Shown here: positions 29,199-38,151 of the stretch, in pieces
Layout: each line of letters starts with the position of its first letter
Numbering within the stretch: the stretch's first letter is position 1
Assembly: GCA_035403165.1 (NCBI GenBank)
Contig: DAONEP010000006.1
Coordinates: 1,496 to 65,495, forward strand
Length of the DNA: 64,000 bases
DNA from: Bacteroidales bacterium
GTDB taxonomy: Bacteria; Bacteroidota; Bacteroidia; Bacteroidales; UBA4417
Direction: 5' to 3'
Translations under genes and position numbers: made by a program
The notes under the pieces: model-generated
Told to the model about the DNA's origin: nothing
Seen by the model: the letters and a program-made list of their open reading frames with translations, nothing else
Database searches by the model: none

Positions 29199-29293
29199 TA
29201 GGATATTGTTAATTCGTTGATTTTGTTGTAAAGAATTAAATACTTAGAATCTCAAAAACTAATCATGTGTTGACATTAGGACTTTGAACAAGA

Positions 29294-31354
29294 CTACAAA
29301 AACCACAAATTATCTTTTCCAAATTCAGGGACATCGAGGCCGTCGAAGTGGGGGGCTATCTGGGCGATGATTTCGGGGTATTTGATGGTGACAGGTAGGT
29401 TCTGCTGGCGTACTGATTTCCAGTACATGCGGCTGAACTGGTACACCTGGTCTATCAGGTCGCGGATGATGGTTGTATCGTCCAGCTTGCTTTTATCGGT
29501 ACAATCAATTTTCAATTTGATTGGGAACGGCCATCCGTCGGCTTCGCGAAACGGCTGATTGCTGTAACGGGTATTGTTAAACAGCAGGTATTTGCGGTTT
29601 CCAATGTTGATATAGGTTCCGCTGTAAGGCATTTTATCGCTCCATGATTCATCGAAAGCCACAATATCCTCAGATTCCGTTTTGTTGATGGATATAATAA
29701 AGACAGGAATGTGAAGGTCCAAGGCTTCGAGGGCTTTCTGGATGGGTTGCAGCTCATCGTCGGACATGGTCTTGTAGAAATGGATAATCAACCTGTCAGG
29801 TGAGGAATTGACCGTTGCATATTCACGAATCTGGTGAGAGATAGATCCGGCAAGCAATTCGAGTTCATGTTTCATGAAATACTCGAAGCGGTTGAAAGTG
29901 CCATTGTTGTTGAAGCTAAAAGCACTGCCAATATACTGAACATCGGTTTCGATGTGTTTGAATGCTCCAACACCGACAATGAGTTCGTTTTTTAGCTGGG
30001 CTTTCAAACGCCAGGGCGTTCCTTTTAACTTAGCCAGGATTGCAATGGAAATATTTGTAAGGCTGTAAACATAATCAGCACCCTGTTCAATGACCTTTTT
30101 TGAATCGATGACCTGTGAGGGTATATCCCTTTTAAGCAGCAGCTCTTTGACCTTATAGTAGATTTCACGTTTTTGTAAATCCTGATCAAACTTGGTGTAA
30201 GGGGTCAAATAGATGGCAAAGTACTTCACATCCTGATTGAAGCTGCGTTTTGCCAATACTTCATTTATTTCCTGTACCGGATTTTCTTTGTCCTTAAACA
30301 GGATGCTGAAATGCGGTTCGGTGTGAAAAAGTATTTTTACATACTTATTCAAGCCTTTAAACCAGTCTAAACCGGTTTCGAGGTATGTTTTCACTGCTTT
30401 GGCAATCTCGGCATCGGAATTATGAAGGATAAAGAACAGATGTATCTTTTTGTAAGGGGTTTTGTCGTATGGACCGTTTAATTTGATGCCATTGTGAGGA
30501 ACAATATCGGTTGCGCTATTTCCGAATACCATCTGATTGCTATCGAAGTTGGTAGTGCTGATGAGTGCAGGATTCACTTTCAGAAAGCCTGTATGATGCA
30601 AAGGAATGATTTCACGGAACTCCTTTATGTTTAAGAAAGTCTTGTGAAAATCGTTAATCTTGTTCCGGTAATGCTTGTACTTGTTTTCTTTTGAAGGTAT
30701 TGGCGCAGGGAAACCAAGCGCCCTTGCAAGTTCGTTATTCAATACCGGATAAACGTTTTCGTAATCATCAGACAAGTCATCCGGCAGATCATCGAATTTA
30801 TGCAATTGGTTTTTTACCATTACCCAATTTAACAACGAAGGCGAATTATCAGCCATCAGTTCAGCTACACTCTTCTTCAAAACCTTGGATGTACCTTCGT
30901 ATGATATAAAGATTTCTGGGTATTGGCTCACTGTAGCGATCTGGACCTTGAGTGCATATTTTTCATATACTTCAAACTGGTCGGTATCTGCCGCAGGTAC
31001 TGGCAACCAAATGGTATTCTCCTTAATAAATCCAACCTGGACAATCTGATTAACGATTACCCGGAAGTAGTAGTTTATTTTCCGATCGAAATAGCGCTTT
31101 ATGAATGCGGGTGTTTCTTTTCTTGCATCCAAGGTGCAAGGAATAAAGCCTGCTGTTTCGCCAGTGAATGTGGTATAAACAAAATCGGAGCCGTTGGCAC
31201 TTATTCCGGGAAATATAGTTTCAACTGCAGCCGGGAAGATTGATTTGTGGATACGCTGGCAACGGCCGTTGTCCGCTTTGCTGAAATAGAAAGTTAGCTT
31301 TTCTTCAGGCCAGTCGAAGGTAAGTATGTTGAAATGGAGATCGGGAGGAGGCAT
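29294..31354 (-). CDS. Prokaryotic Argonaute (MID-PIWI), predicted catalytically inactive (long-B-like / DdmE-like)
   Basis: MID-like motifs are YYKVKELLLKRDIPSQVI and NISIAILAKLKGTPWRL. The PIWI motifs have lost their acidic residues (IVGVGAFKH instead of GxDV, LIIHFYK instead of hRDG). Also seen are LPVTIKYPEIIAQ and the C-terminal NLWFL. Confidence 0.8.
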   Translation of the reverse strand: MPPPDLHFNILTFDWPEEKLTFYFSKADNGRCQRIHKSIFPAAVETIFPGISANGSDFVYTTFTGETAGFIPCTLDARKETPAFIKRYFDRKINYYFRVIVNQIVQVGFIKENTIWLPVPAADTDQFEVYEKYALKVQIATVSQYPEIFISYEGTSKVLKKSVAELMADNSPSLLNWVMVKNQLHKFDDLPDDLSDDYENVYPVLNNELARALGFPAPIPSKENKYKHYRNKINDFHKTFLNIKEFREIIPLHHTGFLKVNPALISTTNFDSNQMVFGNSATDIVPHNGIKLNGPYDKTPYKKIHLFFILHNSDAEIAKAVKTYLETGLDWFKGLNKYVKILFHTEPHFSILFKDKENPVQEINEVLAKRSFNQDVKYFAIYLTPYTKFDQDLQKREIYYKVKELLLKRDIPSQVIDSKKVIEQGADYVYSLTNISIAILAKLKGTPWRLKAQLKNELIVGVGAFKHIETDVQYIGSAFSFNNNGTFNRFEYFMKHELELLAGSISHQIREYATVNSSPDRLIIHFYKTMSDDELQPIQKALEALDLHIPVFIISINKTESEDIVAFDESWSDKMPYSGTYINIGNRKYLLFNNTRYSNQPFREADGWPFPIKLKIDCTDKSKLDDTTIIRDLIDQVYQFSRMYWKSVRQQNLPVTIKYPEIIAQIAPHFDGLDVPEFGKDNLWFL

Positions 31355-31373
31355 TTCGTTTTACTTAAATGGT

Positions 31374-34300
31374 TCAAAATATGGCTGAGAGGTACTGTGT
31401 ATTGTCTTCAATGAATACAATGTGGTTGTAAGTAAATTCGTCGCGGGTTGCACCGTTTGCGCCCCAAACCGAGCAAATGTCTTTGAATGGCGTGACGGAG
31501 AGTATCCAGGCGTCAATTGAAACAGTGAGATCAATCTTATTTTGCTTCAAATCCTGATTGATTTTCTTTTCGAGGTCTTTAACCTGATCGCGGCAGAAGA
31601 TAACTTTTGGATTATTGAAGTTGCGTGTTTCGCGGATTCCTTTGGGATCAATGAAATAGATATGCTGATGCCCGGGTTCAATAATCCATATCATGAAATC
31701 GGGATAGAAGGAAGAACTCTCGATAAAGAAACCCATTCCTTTTTGCGAAAGGTTGCGCAGCACAAATACTTCCTTATTTTTAAAGCGTTCCTGTTCACTG
31801 TCGATAAATCTGCGGAGGTGCAGCATGAAATCTCTTTCTCCCTGATTTAAGCGTACCGGAACAGTCTTAATCTCGTTGAATTTTTCGCCTTTTGCCCATG
31901 AAGCGATCGGAGAGTATAGATGATGGCTAAAATGGAGAGTCGGAATCGTGCCATCGTCGCGAAGATAGAGTTGACTGATATTTGCCGATAGTTCCTTTAT
32001 GACTTCTTCGTATTGTTTGGGCACTCTCACAATCATTTGCTGCGATGCCGGGAACATTTCGCCCTGAGAAACAGGATCAAGAAGGTCGTAAGTAAGGTGC
32101 CTGGTAAGAAATGCTTTTTCCTGATCGGCATAGAATTTATTGATATAGTCCTTGATGATGAACCCGGCAATGTTTTGCAGTTTTCCGTTCAAGACTTCCT
32201 GCATACCGAATTGTTCGGGGTGGCTTAAAATATTATAAGCATTCCCACGGATAATTTCTTCAATAACCGGAAGACTGATCATAAGGTTTGTGTAACCTTT
32301 CAGCAACTTATAGCGATTTGCTTCGAGAAACAGGCTGCTGTAGTTGATAAAATCCAGGTACGGTTTTGTGAAATTAACCTCATACCCTCCTGAATCATCA
32401 GCCACACCTCTGCTGAAACTGCTTACAGCTACTGAAATTTTATTCCGGAGGTCGATAGTAACACGATTGGCAATAGCGGGCTTATAGCTAAGCTGGATGA
32501 GTTCGTTGCGGAACGACAGGCCTTGCTCTGTTTTAAATGTAAGAATATGCCGATTCCATTCATCGGGTCTGTTATAGGCTATTTTTACCGGGAACTCCTC
32601 ATATACCGGCACTTCTTTACCGATTTCTTCCAGAAAACGGTTGATATAGGAAGCATTGAGGCCAACTATAGAGATTGTTTGCAGGGCTTTGAGGTGGTAG
32701 GGAGTTCCTGCTTCATCGCGTTTTAAGGATAGTTCTTTCCCTTTGAGGCGCACCCCCCGGCCGAACAACTGAATGATTTGGGCACCTTCGCTTTTACCCA
32801 TGTTCATTAATCCCATGCTTGAAACACGCCATGAGTTCCAGCCTTCAATAAATTTTTTAGACCCAATCAGGATATTAATGGAAGAATCGGAATCGGCAAT
32901 GGACCCGAACAATGACCGGGAATAATTGTCATCCTGTACGGTCAGATCTTCGTCTTTCTCTTTTTCGAGATTTTTTACATAGGAGGGAACATCGCCAATG
33001 TTGATTACTGCAAAATACTGCTCTCCCGATTTTGTTTTAAGGGCAATTTCACCATCAGCCTGTTTTATCTCCCAGGCTTCAATATTACCGATGCCATGAA
33101 AAACCTTTTGAAGAACCTGATCGGCTGTAGGCTTGATTTCTTTCAGATATGTGAACCGGTTCTTGAAAATGTCGTCGCCGAGTTGGTTAATGAGGCCTGA
33201 ATTTTCAGAAATGATGTTATCAATTATCCGCTGGAAAACTGAGGGGTTTTTCAGGACAAAGGTGAAGAACCGAACTACTTTTGTTATGTCGGATTGGTTG
33301 CCTTCGCCCTGAACTTTACTGCCTACGAAAATCCATAGGGGTTTCTCGATGTTAAACGGCCTCAGTCCCTCTTTGTGCTTATCAAATAATTCCAGTTGCT
33401 CGTAGAATCCAAGCAGACTTGCCGACAAGAGCAAGCGGTTTTGATCTTCTGTGTATTCGTTCTTTACATCTAAGTTGAACACTGAAAAATCTTTGCCGTA
33501 ACCATCAGCATAGAAATGGCGATATGAATAGTCGAAAATGATAGCGCGTCCATATTCCTGTAAGAGGTCCTGGGTTCCGGCGCTAATTATCTGACCGAAG
33601 GTAGCAGAATACTCAAACGTGAATGAACCCTCGCCACGTGTAATGTGTTCGCGCAGACCTTTCCATGCCCGTTCTTCGGACTTCTGCCCTTTGTGGCCTT
33701 CGTCGATAAATACCAGGTTTTTATACTCAGCAAAGTGATCAACATCCACACTTACTCCTTCGCCGGACTTTTCCTTTACCAGCTTGGTTATTTCGAGAAT
33801 TAATATTTCATCATCCCCGGTTTTAAGGCTTTCTTCGCTGCCCGAATACAATTTGGCCGGAATGCCACTGGCGGTAAGATCGTCGTAATGTTGGCGACTG
33901 AGCCCTTCGTTGGGCGTGATCAGTATGATGTTCTCCCAATCGGGGAAATATTTAACAATCTGCCAATAATTGCAATGCATAATCAGCGTTTTGCCGCTTC
34001 CGGTTGCCATCCAGAAAGCTAACTTTCGAAGGTCGGCAGCAGTGTAATCCTCAATAATCTTAAAATCTTTTGATGCGTGTTTATACGCATTCAGGTTGCT
34101 TACAAATGTTTCGGGATCCTGACTGTACTGATCAAGGTAATACTCGGTGAAAAGCAACGAAAACCATTGGTAGTATTTAAATGAAAGGAATGGTTCAGCC
34201 CTGTTTTCACGCAGCTTTTTCTCATATCCCTGTATTGCTTCGTCGTAAGTGAAGATGGTTTGGTTTTCGATCAGCTTTTCGGAACGGTTCAACAAGATAC

Positions 34301-34436
34301 TTGCAAAGAAAGTATGCCCTGATGAGTTGGTTCCTGTTTCCCTGGTATTAAATTCTTCGCGAAGGGAATCAAAGGTATCGTACCCAAACTGGCGTAGGAT
34401 GTAGCGGAATAATATGAGTTGTTTGTTCAGTTGCAT
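31374..34436 (-). CDS. SF2 (ResIII-type) helicase fused to a C-terminal PD-(D/E)xK nuclease (DdmD-like or type III Res-like)
   Basis: Helicase motifs are WMATGSGKT (I), VFIDEGH (II), YSATF (III), IEGWNSWRV and QLFGRGVRL (VI). The C-terminus FYPDFMIWI...IYFIDPKG fits PD...DxK. The gene ends 19 nt before the pAgo start. Confidence 0.8.
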   Translation of the reverse strand: MQLNKQLILFRYILRQFGYDTFDSLREEFNTRETGTNSSGHTFFASILLNRSEKLIENQTIFTYDEAIQGYEKKLRENRAEPFLSFKYYQWFSLLFTEYYLDQYSQDPETFVSNLNAYKHASKDFKIIEDYTAADLRKLAFWMATGSGKTLIMHCNYWQIVKYFPDWENIILITPNEGLSRQHYDDLTASGIPAKLYSGSEESLKTGDDEILILEITKLVKEKSGEGVSVDVDHFAEYKNLVFIDEGHKGQKSEERAWKGLREHITRGEGSFTFEYSATFGQIISAGTQDLLQEYGRAIIFDYSYRHFYADGYGKDFSVFNLDVKNEYTEDQNRLLLSASLLGFYEQLELFDKHKEGLRPFNIEKPLWIFVGSKVQGEGNQSDITKVVRFFTFVLKNPSVFQRIIDNIISENSGLINQLGDDIFKNRFTYLKEIKPTADQVLQKVFHGIGNIEAWEIKQADGEIALKTKSGEQYFAVINIGDVPSYVKNLEKEKDEDLTVQDDNYSRSLFGSIADSDSSINILIGSKKFIEGWNSWRVSSMGLMNMGKSEGAQIIQLFGRGVRLKGKELSLKRDEAGTPYHLKALQTISIVGLNASYINRFLEEIGKEVPVYEEFPVKIAYNRPDEWNRHILTFKTEQGLSFRNELIQLSYKPAIANRVTIDLRNKISVAVSSFSRGVADDSGGYEVNFTKPYLDFINYSSLFLEANRYKLLKGYTNLMISLPVIEEIIRGNAYNILSHPEQFGMQEVLNGKLQNIAGFIIKDYINKFYADQEKAFLTRHLTYDLLDPVSQGEMFPASQQMIVRVPKQYEEVIKELSANISQLYLRDDGTIPTLHFSHHLYSPIASWAKGEKFNEIKTVPVRLNQGERDFMLHLRRFIDSEQERFKNKEVFVLRNLSQKGMGFFIESSSFYPDFMIWIIEPGHQHIYFIDPKGIRETRNFNNPKVIFCRDQVKDLEKKINQDLKQNKIDLTVSIDAWILSVTPFKDICSVWGANGATRDEFTYNHIVFIEDNTQYLSAIF

Positions 34437-34442
34437 TGGATC

Positions 34443-34527
34443 GTTTCAGAGTTTCAGAGTTACAGGGTTTCTTGGTTTCAGGCTTGCCTGCCTGGGCGGG
34501 GTTGCGGGTGAGAGGACAGGGTTTCAG
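34443..34527. promoter_or_regulatory. Cluster of GTTTCAG heptamers upstream of the helicase-nuclease/pAgo genes
   Basis: gtttcag occurs at 34443, 34451, 34475 and 34521, with a gtttct variant near 34467. Confidence 0.35.
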
Positions 34528-35033
34528 ACAAGGGCCCAGGCCTCATAGCGTTTTTGGCATTCTGATTTCGGAAGACCGAGGCGCGGATTTATAATTTCAG
34601 TGAGCGTTTTAAGAGCAGTTGTGGCTTCCATACCAGATAACACGCTACATTCCACAAGCCGGTCAAAAACCCAGAGATAGCCATAGGCTTCCAGGTGATT
34701 ATTGCGGGCATGTTTTTTTAGGGAGTTGTCGCCTGTTACCAATACTCCAGCCATTTTGCGGGCATGGAAGAAGGCAGAACAATCCTGAGGGGATAAAGTG
34801 GGCTTTTTCAGGTTGATTTCGTTTATTTCATTCAGATCGTTATCTGAAAAGTCAACTACAACCAGTTTTGTTGCCTGAATATAAGGCTCGAGTTCGGCTT
34901 GCTGGTAGTCGTAAAGTTCATCCATGATGGGGGCTGTTGTCTGGAACTCGAAGGGCAGACTAAAGAATTGTTGCAGCAGCCCAAGCTCAACAAGATCAAT
35001 CAGAATATTTGCATCATTGACGATTACCCTCAC
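34524..35033 (-). CDS. PIN-domain protein (DUF3368-like)
   Basis: The N-terminus reads VIVNDANILIDLVELGLL. Later LSPQDCSAFFHARKMAGVLVTGDNSLKKHA gives acidic residues in PIN-like positions. Its start overlaps the upstream stop by 4 nt. Confidence 0.6.
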   Translation of the reverse strand: MRVIVNDANILIDLVELGLLQQFFSLPFEFQTTAPIMDELYDYQQAELEPYIQATKLVVVDFSDNDLNEINEINLKKPTLSPQDCSAFFHARKMAGVLVTGDNSLKKHARNNHLEAYGYLWVFDRLVECSVLSGMEATTALKTLTEIINPRLGLPKSECQKRYEAWALV

Positions 35034-36076
35034 AGCGCTAAAAATTCTTTACGAAACTCCGCCAGTTTCTGATTCATAATATTGGCAGCTTTGCTGAGCG
35101 AGATAATTTCCTCCGCTGCTGCACGATAAGTGAGTTGCTTAAATCTCAAGGCTTCTTCGGTTCCGGAATAGGTTCCCAGTCCTTCTTCTTTCCGATTATG
35201 ACTAATCCATTTGCGAAAACGCAAATAGGAAGATTCGGAGATTACTTCCAGTAACTTAGCCCTGGCCATGAGCGCCTGAACGGAAATGCCGTAAGTAGCT
35301 TTGTATAACCGATATTCAGGGATTGAGAACTGAGACCGGATTTCACCTAACTCTTTTTTGAAAGTAGTACGAGGCAGCAACATAGCCCCTGCAAACTGAA
35401 AGCACAGGTGCTCAATGTCGCGGGGCGTGAATTTTGGATCGAAACTCAATAACAGGTGACCTAATTCGTGTAAGGCAGTAAGCCTTTTCCTGTCTGCCGG
35501 ATAGTTGTTGTTGACTACAACTACAGGGTACCTGCCGTCAGCCCAGCCAGAAAGGCCGTCAAAGGCTTCGTGTGCTGCGATTTCGATCACTTTGATTTCG
35601 TGATCTTCGAGCATATCGATGACGTTGGGTAGCCCGTTGAAACTCAGATGCCATTCGTACAACAGTTGTTCGGCTGCCAGTTCCACCTCTTCGGAAGATT
35701 TGATGACAACATCCTGCAAGGGATTAACGAAATCAGTCTGGATGTTGAGGAACTGCTCCAATTCGATGTAGCGTTCGATCGTATCGGTGGCTTGTTGCCT
35801 GATACTTGCCAGATCTTTTTTGGAAAGCCTGCTCTTTTTGCGAAAATCTATCTGGCCTATTTCGATGGAGAAAGGGCGAAAGAAATAATCGAACTTAACA
35901 TCGAGGGCTTTGGCCAGGGATGCCATTACTTTGCTGTCGGCCATCATTTCGCCCTGTTCATACTTTGAAATGGCATTCTTGGAGACGGTATTGCCCATGC
36001 GTTCCACAAGTTGATCCATGGATAAGCCTGCACGAATACGTGCGCTCTTGAGCCGTTTACTAAAAATATCCTTCAT
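35030..36076 (-). CDS. XRE-family HTH fused to an ImmA/IrrE-type zinc metallopeptidase
   Basis: The HTH reads LKSARIRAGLSMDQLVERMGNTVSKNAISKYEQGE. The HEXXH motif is in LTALHELGHLLL. Confidence 0.85.
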   Translation of the reverse strand: MKDIFSKRLKSARIRAGLSMDQLVERMGNTVSKNAISKYEQGEMMADSKVMASLAKALDVKFDYFFRPFSIEIGQIDFRKKSRLSKKDLASIRQQATDTIERYIELEQFLNIQTDFVNPLQDVVIKSSEEVELAAEQLLYEWHLSFNGLPNVIDMLEDHEIKVIEIAAHEAFDGLSGWADGRYPVVVVNNNYPADRKRLTALHELGHLLLSFDPKFTPRDIEHLCFQFAGAMLLPRTTFKKELGEIRSQFSIPEYRLYKATYGISVQALMARAKLLEVISESSYLRFRKWISHNRKEEGLGTYSGTEEALRFKQLTYRAAAEEIISLSKAANIMNQKLAEFRKEFLAL

Positions 36077-36298
36077 GGTGGCAGGTGTGTTTTGGTTTAC
36101 AAAATTAAACTAATATAGTTAAATGTAAACCAAATTGTAGAAGGTAAGCATTTTTTATTATTTCTTTAAGGGATTCATATGTACAAGTATGTTTTGGTCT
36201 TATAGATGTTCTTATAGTAGTGCACACGTTTTATCTCCATCTAAAAGAGGTTTATTTGCTGATAAACAATTAGATACAACTATATTGCCTACCTTAGG

Positions 36299-36360
36299 TC
36301 TTATAATTGTCTTATAAAAATGGCTTATAAAAATAGCATGTAAATATGGCTTATAAAAAT
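36299..36360. repeat. Four direct copies of CTTATAA(AAAT) upstream of the HTH-ImmA gene
   Basis: Copies are gtcttataat (36299), cttataaaaat (36311), cttataaaaat (36324) and cttataaaaat (36350). Two more cttatag copies lie near 36200-36220. Confidence 0.5.
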
Positions 36361-36448
36361 GCCTAATCTTTTTCCCTTGTAAGACCACTTGTTTCATGCC
36401 AATTTTATTTATTACAATTTGTGACAACAACTTCATTGTTAAGAAACT

Positions 36449-38110
36449 TTATAAGAGTACCCATTTTGACTTACTATCCGATCCAATATTCCTGATTATT
36501 TTTTTTTCTCTTAGCTCGGAAAGAAGGTTGGTGATTTTAAGTTTCTTTTGTTTGTCAGTATACAAATCAGACAATCTATCCCAAAGTAATTGTTCAATAT
36601 CTGGTCGTGAAAGATACCCGTGGTCTTTAATACCTTTGATAATCCAATCAAAGTATTGTTGTTTGGAGAAAGCCTTATTACGGGTATAGGCTGCTTTCTG
36701 ACCTGTAATTTGAGCAACCTTGGCCGAGATAATGAGATTTGGTTTCTTTCCTTCGATCAGACCTTTAGAGCGCAAAAGCTTAACCTGTTCAGTTGTTAGT
36801 TCGAAGCGTTTCTGCACTTTATCCAGCAGCATGATTTCTAACAAACTCAGAGAACTATTGCGTGCCAATACGCGGGCGTAATTAATATCGATAACTTTAC
36901 CTATAATTGTCAATTTCACCCTGTTACCAGCAAAATCATATTCGGGCATCGGAAAAAAACGCGTCCTCTGATAGTTGAACATTCTTTTAATACCACTTCC
37001 AATGGTATCCACCATTTTAAGATTGAACATGGCAGTGGCCAGGAAAGGATTCCGGTAGATTTCTTCAGGAGCATCCCTGTTGATTACATTCTCAACAGTG
37101 CCTGGAATAAAACTTCCAACATTAGTAAAGATCAGTTCATCCTCTTTCTCAACAACATTGATCTTTCCGGCAAGCGTATAATCCTGATGAGCTATACAAT
37201 TATTCAGCGCTTCACGTATAACATACGGTTCGTATTGGTCAACTTCTTCGGGAAAAATAGTATCATCGCGCAGGTAGCGATATTTAAGGTTTCGGATTCT
37301 TTTAAAAACTTCATCTGCGCTTAAAAGGAAAGGGCAACTGTAAACAGAATAGTCTTTCTCATTTCCTTCTTTGTCTTTTAATATCCAGCGAATTTTAACG
37401 TCTGCCGGACTTATAAAGTGTTCCGACTCAGGTTTACCCAGGAGAAGAATAGCAGTACGGGTAACCTTACCCCGTATCGTAATTTTAGCCTTATTAAGAA
37501 ACGTAATATCGTTCCATGAATCCACCTCAGTCGCCAGGTCAGGAAATTTATTTTTATAATTTTCTCTGGCTTTCAGGATTGCTTCAGGGTCGAGGTCAGA
37601 AATGTCAGCCTCATGGCAAATTGCAGAACTCCAATCGGGCATTGAAGCCTGGGCTCTTATCCGGTCAAGTTCTTCGATATTAAGGGGGGAAAGTTCCTGT
37701 CCGTTCCTGCCATAATAATGCCCTTCCCATGCTACGGGAATACCGCTCGGCGCAGCAGGTATCTGGAACATTACTACCCGTCCTTCCGGTAGATTAAGTT
37801 CATAGATTTCAATAAATGTGATTCCATTGGTTGTTTTACCGGCAATTTCTGCTTTAAGACTATCCAGATATGGGCGATTGTTATTCCTAAATAATGAACC
37901 AACAATATTTTTCTTCTTATCCTCAACGCCAAAGATCAGCCAGGATACGTGCTTGCCTTTAAGATTAGCCTCGTTGGATAAAGCAGAAAAGTACCTGCCC
38001 AATTTGTTGAAGTCGTAGTTGCGATTGGCTTCTTTAAACTCGACAACCTCGGTTTCGGCCGGTAATGAACGAAGTTCATTTAAAATCTGAACAAGCTGCG
38101 ACTCTGTCAT
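36449..38110 (-). CDS. AlbA_2 (Schlafen-like) DNA-binding domain protein with HATPase_c_4-like and C-terminal wHTH-like regions
   Basis: The N-terminus ESQLVQILNELRSLPAETEVVEFKEANRNYDFNKLGRYFSALSNEANLKG is typical of AAA_4/AlbA_2 'putative DNA-binding' proteins often embedded in R-M loci. Confidence 0.65.
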   Translation of the reverse strand: MTESQLVQILNELRSLPAETEVVEFKEANRNYDFNKLGRYFSALSNEANLKGKHVSWLIFGVEDKKKNIVGSLFRNNNRPYLDSLKAEIAGKTTNGITFIEIYELNLPEGRVVMFQIPAAPSGIPVAWEGHYYGRNGQELSPLNIEELDRIRAQASMPDWSSAICHEADISDLDPEAILKARENYKNKFPDLATEVDSWNDITFLNKAKITIRGKVTRTAILLLGKPESEHFISPADVKIRWILKDKEGNEKDYSVYSCPFLLSADEVFKRIRNLKYRYLRDDTIFPEEVDQYEPYVIREALNNCIAHQDYTLAGKINVVEKEDELIFTNVGSFIPGTVENVINRDAPEEIYRNPFLATAMFNLKMVDTIGSGIKRMFNYQRTRFFPMPEYDFAGNRVKLTIIGKVIDINYARVLARNSSLSLLEIMLLDKVQKRFELTTEQVKLLRSKGLIEGKKPNLIISAKVAQITGQKAAYTRNKAFSKQQYFDWIIKGIKDHGYLSRPDIEQLLWDRLSDLYTDKQKKLKITNLLSELREKKIIRNIGSDSKSKWVLL

Positions 38111-38151
38111 TGTATCATCTGTTTAATAGCTTACCCTGTAGTTTAACGAAC

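Noticed and set aside
29294-31354. A catalytically active slicing Argonaute
   Set aside because: The positions corresponding to the GxDV and RDG motifs read GVGA and HFYK, so I found no plausible DEDX tetrad by eye.
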